64,000 nt of DNA from Cyanophyceae cyanobacterium (GTDB lineage: Bacteria > Cyanobacteriota > Cyanobacteriia > Cyanobacteriales > JBHJGN01). The translations under genes and the position numbers were made by a program. Shown one piece after another: positions 28,254 to 39,045 of this stretch (positions are counted from its first letter, which is position 1; each line of letters opens with the position of its first letter). The notes under the pieces were generated by a model. It did not search any database. It was not told the origin of the DNA and saw only the letters and a program-made list of their open reading frames with translations. The stretch lies in assembly GCA_050331735.1 (NCBI GenBank), contig JBHJGN010000006.1, positions 32,001 through 96,000 of the forward strand. The letters run 5' to 3'.

Positions 28254-29632
28254 TACTGCATCTCCATTTTGTCTAACACTTCTAGAGCCAGAGCTTCAAA
28301 TTCAGCGGCAGAAACATCAGCCGTAGAGACGGCTTTAGCATACTCAAAGATAGATTTAGGGTCGGGAACCTCTAAATCTCCGACCGAAAGAGTTTGATTG
28401 ACGCAATGGGAGAGATGCATTCTTTCTGAAATCATATTTTCCATCAGGGGAAGCTGATAGCGCTCTGGAATGATGCTTCGATGTTTAGGAAAAGTATGCT
28501 GAAGATATTTGGCATGGGTGGATATTTTAGAAGGAAGCACTCCCATAATTTTGATCGGTGGTTTTCCTAATCCTTCTTTGTTTTCGTTAATTTGTTTAGT
28601 GATAAAGTTTTTGACGCTTTCTAGTCCTTGATTAGAAAAAGGCTTAAGGTCCGAAGGAATAATTAAATAGTCAGCCGCCGTTAGCGCCACTTCTGCATAC
28701 AAATCTAGAGAGGGGGGAGTGTCGATAATGACAATATCATATTGATCTTTAACTTTTTCCAATTTTTTGACGAGGCGGAATCTACTGGCTCCGTACTGAA
28801 CTAGCTCATTTTGCCGCTCGATGAGAGTAATGTGGGAGGGAACCACATCAATTTCTGGCTGATTGAAGTAGTGAGACTGCCTGGAAAGTTCGGGAATAAA
28901 GTTAAAGTTGGTTCCTTCTAGCAAATGGTAAACGTTGCGCTCTCTAATATCATCCTCTTCTTCAAACTGAAATTTCACTAACCCCACAGCAAAGGTTGTG
29001 TTGGCTTGCGCATCGATATCAATGAGCAATACCCTTTTGCCCTTTTTTCTCAAAGCTGCTGCTAGGTTAATCGCAACAGTGGTTTTACCGACGCCACCTT
29101 TATGGTGGTAAATGGCAATTGTTTTCATAGTTGGTTGACGATTAAGGTTAAGTTGAGATGCAGCGGCACTCAGATAAGTGGAAAACTGACCAGCGTCAGA
29201 GACAGTTTGATTAAGGTTATTTTTACCGATTAACGCGTTGATACCCTCTAAATTCTGCTCGATTTGCTGACCAAGACATTGAAAAACTAACTGAATCGCG
29301 TCTTGGTCCCTCTGATAAATTCTAATTTCTCGTCCATTTGTCAACAGTCCATAGGGCGCCCTTAATCGGGTTAGATAAATTCTGAGCTTGCGCTCGTGAC
29401 GCTCTAGATTTTCTTGGGGATGTTTGGCTTCTAGGACGACAAACGGCAATTGTGTTGACGGAGACGGCATCACCCGGTTAGCGAAAGCGAGAAAATCTAG
29501 ACGGATATTGCCAAAGGCTACTTCTTGATGCCAGGTATCAGGAGAGTAGCCGAGCTTAGGCAGCAAATACTGAACAATGAGTTTACTTTCAACTTCGCTT
29601 TCGTTGCGACAAAGAGAGGGATCGAAGCTCAA
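28253..29632 (-). CDS. HsdR_N-like PD-(D/E)XK nuclease fused to a ParA/Soj ATPase
   Basis: N-terminal NESEVE..QEV..LDF..LEAK..LLTNG; C-terminal KGGVGKTT deviant Walker A, DIDAQAN, IIDTPPS. Confidence 0.88.
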   Translation of the reverse strand: MSFDPSLCRNESEVESKLIVQYLLPKLGYSPDTWHQEVAFGNIRLDFLAFANRVMPSPSTQLPFVVLEAKHPQENLERHERKLRIYLTRLRAPYGLLTNGREIRIYQRDQDAIQLVFQCLGQQIEQNLEGINALIGKNNLNQTVSDAGQFSTYLSAAASQLNLNRQPTMKTIAIYHHKGGVGKTTVAINLAAALRKKGKRVLLIDIDAQANTTFAVGLVKFQFEEEDDIRERNVYHLLEGTNFNFIPELSRQSHYFNQPEIDVVPSHITLIERQNELVQYGASRFRLVKKLEKVKDQYDIVIIDTPPSLDLYAEVALTAADYLIIPSDLKPFSNQGLESVKNFITKQINENKEGLGKPPIKIMGVLPSKISTHAKYLQHTFPKHRSIIPERYQLPLMENMISERMHLSHCVNQTLSVGDLEVPDPKSIFEYAKAVSTADVSAAEFEALALEVLDKMEMQ

Positions 29633-29929
29633 CTTTTTAGGGTAGCGTTTAAGTCAGGGGATTGTAGACTTGATTGTCTCGGAAAAGTAAGCCTCTACAC
29701 AATAGTTAAGACTACGTAATTATCGGCTTCAGGTTTACTTTCTGGAACTTCTTAGCAAAAAGTAAAATATATTACAATCGTGAAATTACGTAAAAAGTGG
29801 CGAACAGACCTTCTCGTGGTCTGTGGAGAAGGGAGAGCATCCACTTCGTCCTTGGTTATTAGTCCTTTGTCCGAATGGCTAAGGAGGTGACATCCTCCGA
29901 ATATGCCCTGTGGGGCTCAGTTAATGCTG

Positions 29930-32106
29930 TTAAGCTACGGTGGTAGTGCTAACCGGGAAGAACGATAAAGTATCAAGGCGGTCAGGGCTCACTCCCTGAA
30001 CAATTGCTAGCGTCTCGTCTTCAAAGTTGATCAAGGCATCGTTGGTTCCGTTAATGGATAGATCTCTAAAGCGGAGATTATCTAAGGCGATGAAGTCGGT
30101 GCCGACTTCAAAGTCAACAATGGTATCTGTTCCTTCGCTAGCACCGAGGACAAAAACATCTCGACCTTCCCCTCCAGAGAAATCATCCCCTTGAAGCGTG
30201 TTGTTACCCGGTCCACCCCCTAGCACATCATCCCCATACAACTGGTCGTCGTCTAAACCGCCCAGAAGCAAGTCGTTGCCGCCCTTACCGCCGAGGCGAT
30301 CGCTGCCTGCCCCGCCGACCAGAGTATCGTTGCCGCCTTCTGTTCCCCCTGGAGAGCGGCTGTTAAGGTCTCCACGCAGCACGTCATCGCCGTTGCCGCC
30401 AAAAATTTCATCATCGCCTGCTAAACCCGCGATGGTATCGCTCCCGCTACCGCCAGAAATGAGGTCAATGTTGTCGCGATCGAGGAGGGTATTGCTCTCT
30501 TCAGTGCCGATAAGACCTGTAGAAGGCGCAGGACCAAAAATAACATAGCTCTCGCCGCGGCGATCGTTATAGTCGAAGTCGTAGCCAACAATTAGATTCC
30601 CTGCACCAGGAGCGCCGATAATAAAGTCGTCAAAGCCGTCGCCATTAACGTCTCCTGCTTCGCTGACCGAGCTGCCTAAAAGATCCAAGGGATCAATGCC
30701 GCTGAGAGTAAAGCCATTAGTGCCATCTAGTTCAGCAAGATCTAAGCTCGCATCAAACCCGCTTCTGCCAAACACTACGTAGGTCTCGCCTCGGCCATTA
30801 CTATAAATGCCAAAATCACTATAAACTAGCTCTCCTGCACTAGGAGCACCGATAATGAGGTCATCAAAGCCATCACCATTAACGTCTCCCGATCCGCTCA
30901 CCGACCTGCCGGAATAGTCTTCGGCGTCAACTCCTCTAAGGACAAAACCATTGGTTCCATCTAGCTCAGCTAAATCCAAGTTTGCGTCGAACCCATTACT
31001 GCTACCGAACACGACATAGCTCTCGCCGGCTTCATAATTCCCGTTAGGATCAGCCTCATCAGCCCCAATAATTATGTCGTCAATCCCATCACTGTTTATG
31101 TCTCCAGCTTCGCTCACCGACCTGCCGGAATAGTCTCCGGCATCAATTCCTCTAAGGACAAAGCCATTAGTACCATGTACTAATCTAGCCAGATTTTGAC
31201 TAACGCCGCTTGGGAAGCTAGGAAGCGGAGGAGGAGAACTACCTAGCGTAATTTCAATCTCATAGTCGCCAGTGCTGGCAAAAAAATCAACTTCACCGCT
31301 TCCCTCTACCAAAGGATTGTATTCGGAATTAGTAACGTCGCTGACACCAATGAAGTAAGTGTCAGAGGTAGAAGTGGTAAAGTCAATTAGAGATTCAGAA
31401 CTACTGCTGCTAACACTGCTAACTTCTACTCTCTCTCCGTTTGAGTCAAAAAGCCCCAGGATTGCCTCTAGCACAAAGTCTTCTCTATCTACATGAGCAA
31501 CCAGGCGATCGCCCGCGTCAAGCTGCACCTCGAACAGATCGACATCCGCCCCTGGAGTAACGTTGAAATTATCACCAATAGCACCAGAGAAGCTAAACGT
31601 GCTCAGGTTTTCAGCGCTTAACCCCGTTGGCGTTGCGGTCGCAATGGTATCGTTCGGTTCATATGTAGGGGACTCTCAAGGGTAATTTCAAGCGAATACT
31701 CGCCAGTACTACCAAAGTCTCCACTTCCTTCTGTGAAAGGATCGTAGGAAAAATTACTATAGCCGCTGACTCCAATAAAGTAAGTATCAGAGACAACAGC
31801 GGTAAAGTTTATTAAAGAGTCTAAACTGCCAAAATCATCATCATTAACCGCAACTTCATTTCCGTTGGCAGCAAACAGACGCAAAATTGAATCTAGCGAG
31901 GAGCCGACGATATCAGCTTCAATGTCGATCGTGAGGCGATCGCCCACATCAAGCTGTACCTTAAACAGATCGACATCCGATTGAGGAGCTATATCTGGGT
32001 TATCACCAATCTCCCCAGAAAAACTCAGCCGCCCCAAATTATTAGCGCTTAAGCCTGTCGGGGTTGCGGTTGCTAGCGTATCGTTTCGTTCAGAAAAAGT
32101 TACCAT
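29930..32106 (-). pseudogene. Frameshifted secreted protein: 2x PPC-like domains, FG-GAP repeats, RTX Ca-binding repeats
   Basis: The two ORFs (31618-32106, 29930-31528) join if one C is added at the C4 run (plus strand 31668-31671), giving ESPPTYEPNDTIATATPTG, a repeat of domain 1. AGDVNGDGFDDLIIGAP and GGxGxD repeats follow. Confidence 0.8.
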
Positions 32107-33083
32107 TACTTGTTTCTTTTGAGTTGTTGGTCACACTTGAAGTGCTGTTTCAAGCGCACCAGTTGTTGCCACAAACCAACATTTACGCTGTAGCTATTCC
32201 ACAAATACATCCCCAATTTATGGCAATCCAGATTATTGCCATAAATTTTCTGCACTCAAAAATTAGTTAGCTATTCTTTCGCTAATGTTATTGCGGACGC
32301 TTTGCCTTCCTGATGATGTGTTTGCTAGGAGCAAGTTAGCGCAAATAAAATGACTCGCTCATCGACCATCAATAAAATCTGGCGGGGTACTGCTAGATAG
32401 CACTTTCTGTACTAGTTATTAAAATTTAATCCATCCTCAAATTTTTACTTCTGCTTGATAGCAGCATTTTTTGCTTAAATTACGAGTTTGATTGTCTCAA
32501 AAAGATTGGCTTTTGTGCATTAGTAAAATTACTTAGTGGTTTAATTAAAATCAAAGCTTCTTGGTTTCTCAACATCAGTAAAAATACGTAGCTATTCGTA
32601 TTTCTTTGGATTGCTTATCCTACATAGAATGAAAGGACAAATTCTACTGCATTTTTCAGTTGTGTTGCAATCGAAAAAACAACCGCATTTTTTTGAAAAT
32701 TACCAATTATTTTTAGTGGTCGCCACCAAGTAAATGAGCGAACGTTGATTGCTTTTTGCAGTCTATAAAAAGGCAAAAATAACCTGATTGGTCATTATGT
32801 TTTTTCCGAAAACGCCATTTTTAAGGACTACCAATCAATTTACTCTAGGCAACATAAACGGAGTTTTAAAGCCTAAAATTGGCTAAGCAAGACAAGAAGC
32901 AATTATAGGCATTATCAAAATTTTCTACTAAAGAACTTAAAAGTAGCAGCATCAAGACAATCCGCCCGGTATGAGGGGACGTTTTCCTGGAATTGAACTA
33001 ACTGGGGTTTTTCTAGGGCTAACTCGTTACGGTACGCTGGAAGTAACATCTAGATAGCACTCATGAACTGAGTGTTCCTTTCT

Positions 33084-34382
33084 ATGACCCAAGCGATCGC
33101 TGACTTCAAAACTCTGTCAGATGTAGACTTTGTTGAGTGGAATCAGCTAGAGTCTCCGTGGCAGGAGAGAATTACCGGAGCGATTGCCCCTGGAGGCGCT
33201 GGGCTTGACCCAATCGCGACTCGTCCTCCAAGTGCCCTCGTCTATCCCCACACGCCAGAAGCCCTGTCAGCAGCTCTTAAACTGGCTCATCAACAGCGCT
33301 TGGCAATCCTTCCCTGTGGCGGTGGGAGTAAACTCAATTGGGGAGGGCTAGTGCAAGAGGCTCAACTCGCCATTAGTACTCAGCGGCTTAATCGGATTGT
33401 TGAACATGCCGTCGGCGACTTAACGGTGACGGTGGAGGCGGGAGTCAAACTGAGGGATCTGCAAGACGTTTTGAAGTCTAAGCAGCAGTTTTTGCCCCTC
33501 GATCCGGCTTATCCTGATGAGGCAACGATGGGCGGTATTGTTGCCACCGCCGATACGGGCAGTTGGCGACAGCGCTATGGTGGAGTGCGAGATATGGTGC
33601 TCGGGCTAACTTTTGTGCGGGCGGATGGTCAGATGGCCAAAGCCGGAGGGCGAGTGGTGAAAAACGTGGCAGGGTATGACCTGATGAAGCTGTTTACCGG
33701 CTCCTATGGAACGCTGGGAGTGATATCGCAAATCACCTTCAGGGTCTATCCGCTACCGGACGCATCGACCACAGTGCTGCTCACTGGAGAAGCAGAAGCG
33801 ATCGCTACCGCTGCCCAAACCTTACGCAATTCTTCCCTTACTCCCACCGCTGCTGATTTACTTTCGGCTTCTCGAGTTCAGCAACTAGAACTAGGACAGC
33901 ACATGGGGTTGAGAGTTCGCTTTCAAAGCATCCCAGAAAGCGTTCAAGAACAAGCCACACAGCTTAAGGCGATCGCCCAAGAGTTAGGATTAACCAGAGA
34001 AGAAGTAGACGAAGCTCAACTATGGCAACCAATAAAGTCCCCCTCAGCCATACGGTGTAAAATCGGGGTCATTCCGTCTGCGGCTGTGGCTGTTCTGAGG
34101 GAGTCGGCTACTCTTACCGCTGGTCAAGGTTTTGGGCTCATGCACAACGGCAGCGGCTTAGGCACACTGTACTTAGATGAGTTGGAAATAGTAAAGAAGA
34201 TGCGAGCGATCGCTCAGAACTACCAAGGTTTTCTGACTGTGTTAGAAGCCTCTACTGCTTTGAAACAACAGCTTGAGCCTTGGGGATACACAGGCAATGC
34301 TCTTACCGTCATGCGCAAGCTTAAACAACAGTTCGACCCAAAAAATATTCTTAGTCCGGGTCGGTTTGTTGGAGGCATTTAA
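33084..34382 (+). CDS. glcE: Glycolate oxidase FAD-binding subunit
   Basis: GGGSKL, DLTVTVEAG, GGRVVKNVAGYDLMKL..GSYGTLG, FDPKNILSPGRF; adjacent to glcF. Confidence 0.9.
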   Translation: MTQAIADFKTLSDVDFVEWNQLESPWQERITGAIAPGGAGLDPIATRPPSALVYPHTPEALSAALKLAHQQRLAILPCGGGSKLNWGGLVQEAQLAISTQRLNRIVEHAVGDLTVTVEAGVKLRDLQDVLKSKQQFLPLDPAYPDEATMGGIVATADTGSWRQRYGGVRDMVLGLTFVRADGQMAKAGGRVVKNVAGYDLMKLFTGSYGTLGVISQITFRVYPLPDASTTVLLTGEAEAIATAAQTLRNSSLTPTAADLLSASRVQQLELGQHMGLRVRFQSIPESVQEQATQLKAIAQELGLTREEVDEAQLWQPIKSPSAIRCKIGVIPSAAVAVLRESATLTAGQGFGLMHNGSGLGTLYLDELEIVKKMRAIAQNYQGFLTVLEASTALKQQLEPWGYTGNALTVMRKLKQQFDPKNILSPGRFVGGI

Positions 34383-34520
34383 GTATTTTATTTAGATGCT
34401 ATCTATACAAATTTGTAGCATAGGGGAAGGGGAAAGGGGTAAGGTGGAAAGGAAAAAGTTGGGCTTATTTCTTCTCTGTTTAATGCGTCTAAAAAACTTT
34501 GTTAAATTACTACAATAACA

Positions 34521-35909
34521 ATGCAAACCTCAGATCGATCTAGCAACCTTGATGAAACCAATTCAGCGCCAAACAGCTTTGATTTTCAGCAACGTCTAGA
34601 GCAATCAGGATTCGATGCTCAACATCCGCCTCAACAAGAACTGATTGATACCTGCGTTCACTGCGGATTTTGTTTGGCTACCTGTCCGAGTTACCGCGTC
34701 ATTGGTAAAGAGATGGATTCTCCGAGAGGACGAATCTATTTGATGGACGCGATTAACAAGGGTGAAGCGACATTAGACGAAACAACGACGCAACACTTCG
34801 ATTCTTGTTTGGGATGTCTTGCCTGCGTCACCACCTGCCCATCTGGGGTGCAGTATGATCGCCTGATTGCCGCGACTCGCCCCCAGGTAGAGCGCAATCA
34901 GCCCCGTTCCTTGTGGGAAAGGCTTTATCGGCAGTTAATTTTCAAAATCTTTCCCTATCCCCAGCGCCTACGTCCTCTGCTCGTGCTGCTGTGGCTGTAC
35001 CAAGCGATCGGGCTACAGAAGCTGGTTCGCGCCACCGGAATTTTAAAGATTGTGCCTCGTTTAGCGGCGATGGAGTCTATCTTACCTAAGATTACAAGAG
35101 CTGCCTTTCGAGACAATTTTCCAGACGTTATTCCTGCCCAGGGAAAGCAGCGCTATCGCGTCGGAGTTATTTTAGGCTGCGTACAGCGTCTCTTTTTCTC
35201 TCCCGTCAATGAGGCAACCGTGAGAGTGCTAACGGCGAACGGCTGCGAAGTCGTCATTCCGAAAACCCAAGGCTGCTGTGCGGCTTTACCCGCCCACCAA
35301 GGACAGGAAGAGCAGGCACAGGCGTTGGCAAGGCAGATGATTGATAGCTTTGAGGGCACTGATGTCGATGCTGTCATTATCAACGCGGCTGGCTGCGGAC
35401 ATACCTTGAAAGAATACGAACATATTCTTGAAGACGATCCCGAATATCGAGAGAAAGCCAAGCAGTTCACCGCCAAAGTGAAGGACGTGCAAGAATTTCT
35501 GATGGAAGTAGGAGTGACTGCACCCCTTTCACCCCTAGCCGAGGACGACTTAGCAATTGTGTATCAGGATGCCTGTCACCTGCTGCACGGGCAAAAGATT
35601 AGCCTCCAGCCTCGCCAGTTGCTGCGACTCATTCCGGGAGTGACGCTCAAAGAACCGCTGGATGCTTCTCTCTGCTGCGGGAGTGCCGGAGTATACAATA
35701 TGCTTCAGCCCCTCGTTGCTGATGAACTCGGACAGCAGAAAGTTGATAATTTGCTCAATACGGGCGCACAGCTAATTGCCTCGCCCAACCCGGGCTGTGC
35801 GCTGCAAATTCAGAAACACCTGCAACGCAAAGGCAAGGAAATGAAAGTGATGCACCCAATGGAGTTGCTAGATCGTGCCATTCAGGGAGTGAAACTGAAG
35901 CTGAATTAA
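34521..35909 (+). CDS. glcF: Glycolate oxidase iron-sulfur subunit
   Basis: CVHCGFCLATCP and CLGCLACVTTCP 4Fe-4S motifs; two CCG-type domains. Confidence 0.93.
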   Translation: MQTSDRSSNLDETNSAPNSFDFQQRLEQSGFDAQHPPQQELIDTCVHCGFCLATCPSYRVIGKEMDSPRGRIYLMDAINKGEATLDETTTQHFDSCLGCLACVTTCPSGVQYDRLIAATRPQVERNQPRSLWERLYRQLIFKIFPYPQRLRPLLVLLWLYQAIGLQKLVRATGILKIVPRLAAMESILPKITRAAFRDNFPDVIPAQGKQRYRVGVILGCVQRLFFSPVNEATVRVLTANGCEVVIPKTQGCCAALPAHQGQEEQAQALARQMIDSFEGTDVDAVIINAAGCGHTLKEYEHILEDDPEYREKAKQFTAKVKDVQEFLMEVGVTAPLSPLAEDDLAIVYQDACHLLHGQKISLQPRQLLRLIPGVTLKEPLDASLCCGSAGVYNMLQPLVADELGQQKVDNLLNTGAQLIASPNPGCALQIQKHLQRKGKEMKVMHPMELLDRAIQGVKLKLN

Positions 35910-35965
35910 GTACAAAGATGGGGAGCAGTCACCTTGGTTCCGATAGTTAGCCCTACTAAAGTGCC

Positions 35966-36382
35966 ATGAGTAACACTGTAGATGTTGAAATCATTCATGC
36001 CGCAAGGCATATCATGAGCAAGCGGTATGTGGAAGGCAAGCATCATATTGGTGCGGCTATTCGGACCAAGAGTGGCAATCTATTCGTCGGTGTCCATGTA
36101 GAAGCAAGCTGCGGTCGCATTTCAGTCTGTGGCGAAGCGGTGGCAATTGGCATTGCTGCTACCTATGGAGATACTGAGATATCTCAAATCGTAGCCGTCA
36201 CTGAATCGGGCGATATTGTTCCTCCCTGCGGCATGTGTCGAGAGCTGATTTCTGACTACGCGCCCGATGCCAGAGTAATTCTTGACACTGATGATGGCAT
36301 AAAATGTGTCCCCATCCTGAAACTGCTGCCTGAAAAATATGACGGCTCAAAGTATCTCAACAGAAGAAATGCACGTAGCTAA
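35966..36382 (+). CDS. Zn-dependent cytidine deaminase family protein (blasticidin-S deaminase-like size)
   Basis: GVHVE, VCGE, PPCGMCRELI, LLP. Confidence 0.85.
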   Translation: MSNTVDVEIIHAARHIMSKRYVEGKHHIGAAIRTKSGNLFVGVHVEASCGRISVCGEAVAIGIAATYGDTEISQIVAVTESGDIVPPCGMCRELISDYAPDARVILDTDDGIKCVPILKLLPEKYDGSKYLNRRNARS

Positions 36383-36422
36383 CTAAAAGCTAATAGCAAG
36401 GCAATTGTATTAAACCATCTTT

Positions 36423-37580
36423 TTATATCGAATTGACATACTGAGCAAGTCTTTCCATTCCTTTTTCAATAGAGGTAGTATCTGTGGCGTAGGAAAGACG
36501 AATGCAGCCTTCAGCACCAAAGGCAGCCCCAGGAATCGCGGCGACGTGCTGAGACTTCAGGAGAGCATTGCAAAATTCTAAAGAGGGCATTCCGGTTTTA
36601 CTGATGTCTACAAACAGGTAAAATGCGCCTTGAGGTACGGCACAGGTTAACTGAGGAATCGAGCGGACCCCCTCTAACATAAGCTGCCGTCGTTGAGCAA
36701 AAGCCGCCACCATCTCTTCTACGCACGCTTGCGAATTTTCTAAAGCGGCGATCGCCCCGTATTGCGCAAAGGTACAGACGTTAGAGGTGCTGTGTCCCTG
36801 AAGTTTTGTCATCGCCTGAATCAGCTCGACAGGGCCAGCTAAGTAACCCACTCGCCATCCCGTCATGGCAAAGCTTTTGGCAAAGCCGTTACTAATAATC
36901 GTGCGTGCAAATGCTTCGGTTTCTCCAATACTAAGATGCTCAGCGCCATCGTAGAGAATCTTCTCATAAATCTCATCAGAAACTACCCATAAGTTCTGCT
37001 CAACCACTACCTTGGCAAGAGCGCGAATTTCGTCAGGTGTGTATACTATCCCCGTGGGGTTAGAAGGAGAATTCAGCACAAACAGCTTGGTTCGGGTCGT
37101 GATGCTGTTGCGGAGCTGTTGTGGGGTGAGTTTATAATCATTCTCTAACGATGTTTTGACAATCACGGGTTGACCCCCCGCTATCTTGACCATTTCAGGG
37201 TAGCTGAGCCAGTAGGGAGCCGGAATGACGACTTCATCTCCCGGCTCGATTAACGCCAGCATTAGATTAAATAAAGACTGTTTGCCCCCGTTGGTAATAA
37301 TCACATTCTCGCTTCGATAATTGAGGTGATTGTCTCGATACAGCTTTTTCGCAACGGCTTCTCGCAGCTTAGGTTCTCCGGCCGCAGGTCCGTACTTGGT
37401 TTTACCCTCGTCTAGGGCTTGTTGAGCAGCAGCTTTGACGTGAGCAGGGGTGTCAAAATCCGGTTCTCCGGTACTAAAGCTACAGACATCCATGCCCGCT
37501 TGCTTCATGGCCTTCGCCTTTGCGGCGATCGCCAACGTCATCGAAGGAGGAACTTGCTCGACTCGTGCTGCTAACTTCAT
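36423..37580 (-). CDS. aspC: PLP-dependent aminotransferase class I/II (aspartate aminotransferase-like)
   Basis: [33 protein letters not shown]. Confidence 0.88.
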   Translation of the reverse strand: MKLAARVEQVPPSMTLAIAAKAKAMKQAGMDVCSFSTGEPDFDTPAHVKAAAQQALDEGKTKYGPAAGEPKLREAVAKKLYRDNHLNYRSENVIITNGGKQSLFNLMLALIEPGDEVVIPAPYWLSYPEMVKIAGGQPVIVKTSLENDYKLTPQQLRNSITTRTKLFVLNSPSNPTGIVYTPDEIRALAKVVVEQNLWVVSDEIYEKILYDGAEHLSIGETEAFARTIISNGFAKSFAMTGWRVGYLAGPVELIQAMTKLQGHSTSNVCTFAQYGAIAALENSQACVEEMVAAFAQRRQLMLEGVRSIPQLTCAVPQGAFYLFVDISKTGMPSLEFCNALLKSQHVAAIPGAAFGAEGCIRLSYATDTTSIEKGMERLAQYVNSI

Positions 37581-37755
37581 TATGTTTATCTCTTGTCCTT
37601 TGCGTTTGTTGGCCTAGTTGTCCAGTCTTCCTCTCAAAGTATTCTTTTATTTAAACGAATATTGATATTTTTTTTACATAACTTTTCCCGACAGGGCTTT
37701 CAATGCGCAAAATAGGGAAGTGGTAGGATTTGAAATATAAAATAAACGTCTGATT

Positions 37756-39045
37756 GTGGCACAGGTTATTTTAGAAAACGTCTACAAAAGCTTTCCCAGC
37801 CGTTCTGGAGAAGTGGTGACAGCATCGAGTAGCCCTGTCCCACTGCCAGCCTTCAAAGCGGATGATCGTAGTGCTAAACCTCGTCGAGTCAACGTTTTGC
37901 GCTGCATCAATCTTACGATTGCCGACGGAGAATTTATGGTCTTGGTTGGACCTTCTGGATGCGGTAAAAGTACTCTTCTGCGAGTGATTGCTGGACTTGA
38001 ATCCCTCACCGGAGGCAATATCCGAGTCGGCGATCGCACCGTCAATAGTTTGGCTCCCAAAGAGCGAGACATCGCTATGGTGTTTCAAAACTACGCCCTG
38101 TATCCTCACTTAGATGTTTACGATAATCTTGCTTTTGGCTTGAGACGCACCGGGAACCAGACTCAGAAAGGAACTAGCGAGCACCTCAATCGGCACGATC
38201 AATCGCTTGCCGCTGAGTGGCTTGTCAAAGCGACGCGCCCTTTGCCTAAATCTTTGCGCTACCTCACAGAGCGAGAAAGAGCTATCGACGAACGGGTGCA
38301 TAAAGTGGCACAACTGCTGCAAATTGAACCGCTGTTGCACCGACTGCCGAAACAGCTTTCTGGCGGACAGAAGCAGCGAGTTGCCCTAGGACGAGCGATC
38401 GCTCGCAACCCCCAGGTATTTCTGATGGACGAACCGCTGTCTAACCTCGATGCCAAGCTGCGGACCGAAACTCGCTCTCAGATTGTTAAACTCCAGCGCC
38501 AGTTAGGCACAACGACGATCTATGTCACCCACGATCAGACCGAAGCAATGACGATGGGCGATCGCATTGCGGTGATGAACGAAGGCGAAATTCAGCAAAT
38601 CGCTGCGCCACTAGAACTCTACAACCGTCCGGCCAATCGCTTTGTGGCCGAGTTTATCGGTTCTCCTCCGATGAACTTTATTCCGGTGAAGTTTGCGGCT
38701 CCGCTGCTGATCACTCATCATCAGTTTCGCTGCACCCTAGCGGAAACGTGGTTTGAAGCGCTGGCTCCCTACGACGGGCGATCGCTTCTCCTCGGCGTTC
38801 GCCCTGAGCATTTTAGCCTCAGTCGTCCCGCCCCCAAAAACCTATCGGTTCAGGTCGATTTAGTCGAAGCCCTCGGCAACGACACCTATCTTTCTGTTCA
38901 CCCTGTAGATGAGCCAGAATTCTCGCTCCAGGTACGGATTTCTCCAGAAAATCAGGTGCGGCGAGGAGAAAAGATTTGGCTCTCGCTCGATCTAGACAAA
39001 ATTCATTTTTTTAATCCGCAAACAAATCACGCTATTCGCTCCTAA
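37756..39045 (+). CDS. Sugar ABC transporter ATP-binding subunit (MalK/UgpC-like)
   Basis: GPSGCGKST, MVFQNYALYPH, LSGGQKQR, DEPLSNLDAKLR, C-terminal TOBE. Confidence 0.93.
   Translation: MAQVILENVYKSFPSRSGEVVTASSSPVPLPAFKADDRSAKPRRVNVLRCINLTIADGEFMVLVGPSGCGKSTLLRVIAGLESLTGGNIRVGDRTVNSLAPKERDIAMVFQNYALYPHLDVYDNLAFGLRRTGNQTQKGTSEHLNRHDQSLAAEWLVKATRPLPKSLRYLTERERAIDERVHKVAQLLQIEPLLHRLPKQLSGGQKQRVALGRAIARNPQVFLMDEPLSNLDAKLRTETRSQIVKLQRQLGTTTIYVTHDQTEAMTMGDRIAVMNEGEIQQIAAPLELYNRPANRFVAEFIGSPPMNFIPVKFAAPLLITHHQFRCTLAETWFEALAPYDGRSLLLGVRPEHFSLSRPAPKNLSVQVDLVEALGNDTYLSVHPVDEPEFSLQVRISPENQVRRGEKIWLSLDLDKIHFFNPQTNHAIRS

Noticed and set aside
29861..29900. tRNA-like D-arm (GTCCGAATGGCTAAGGAG)
   Set aside because: No T-arm (GTTCRA) or acceptor stem; only a local GGAGG/CCTCC hairpin.
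34410..34516. Possible further MITE between glcE and glcF (TTGTAGCA...TACTACAA around a heptamer tract)
   Set aside because: Only a short imperfect inverted repeat, single copy, no target duplication.
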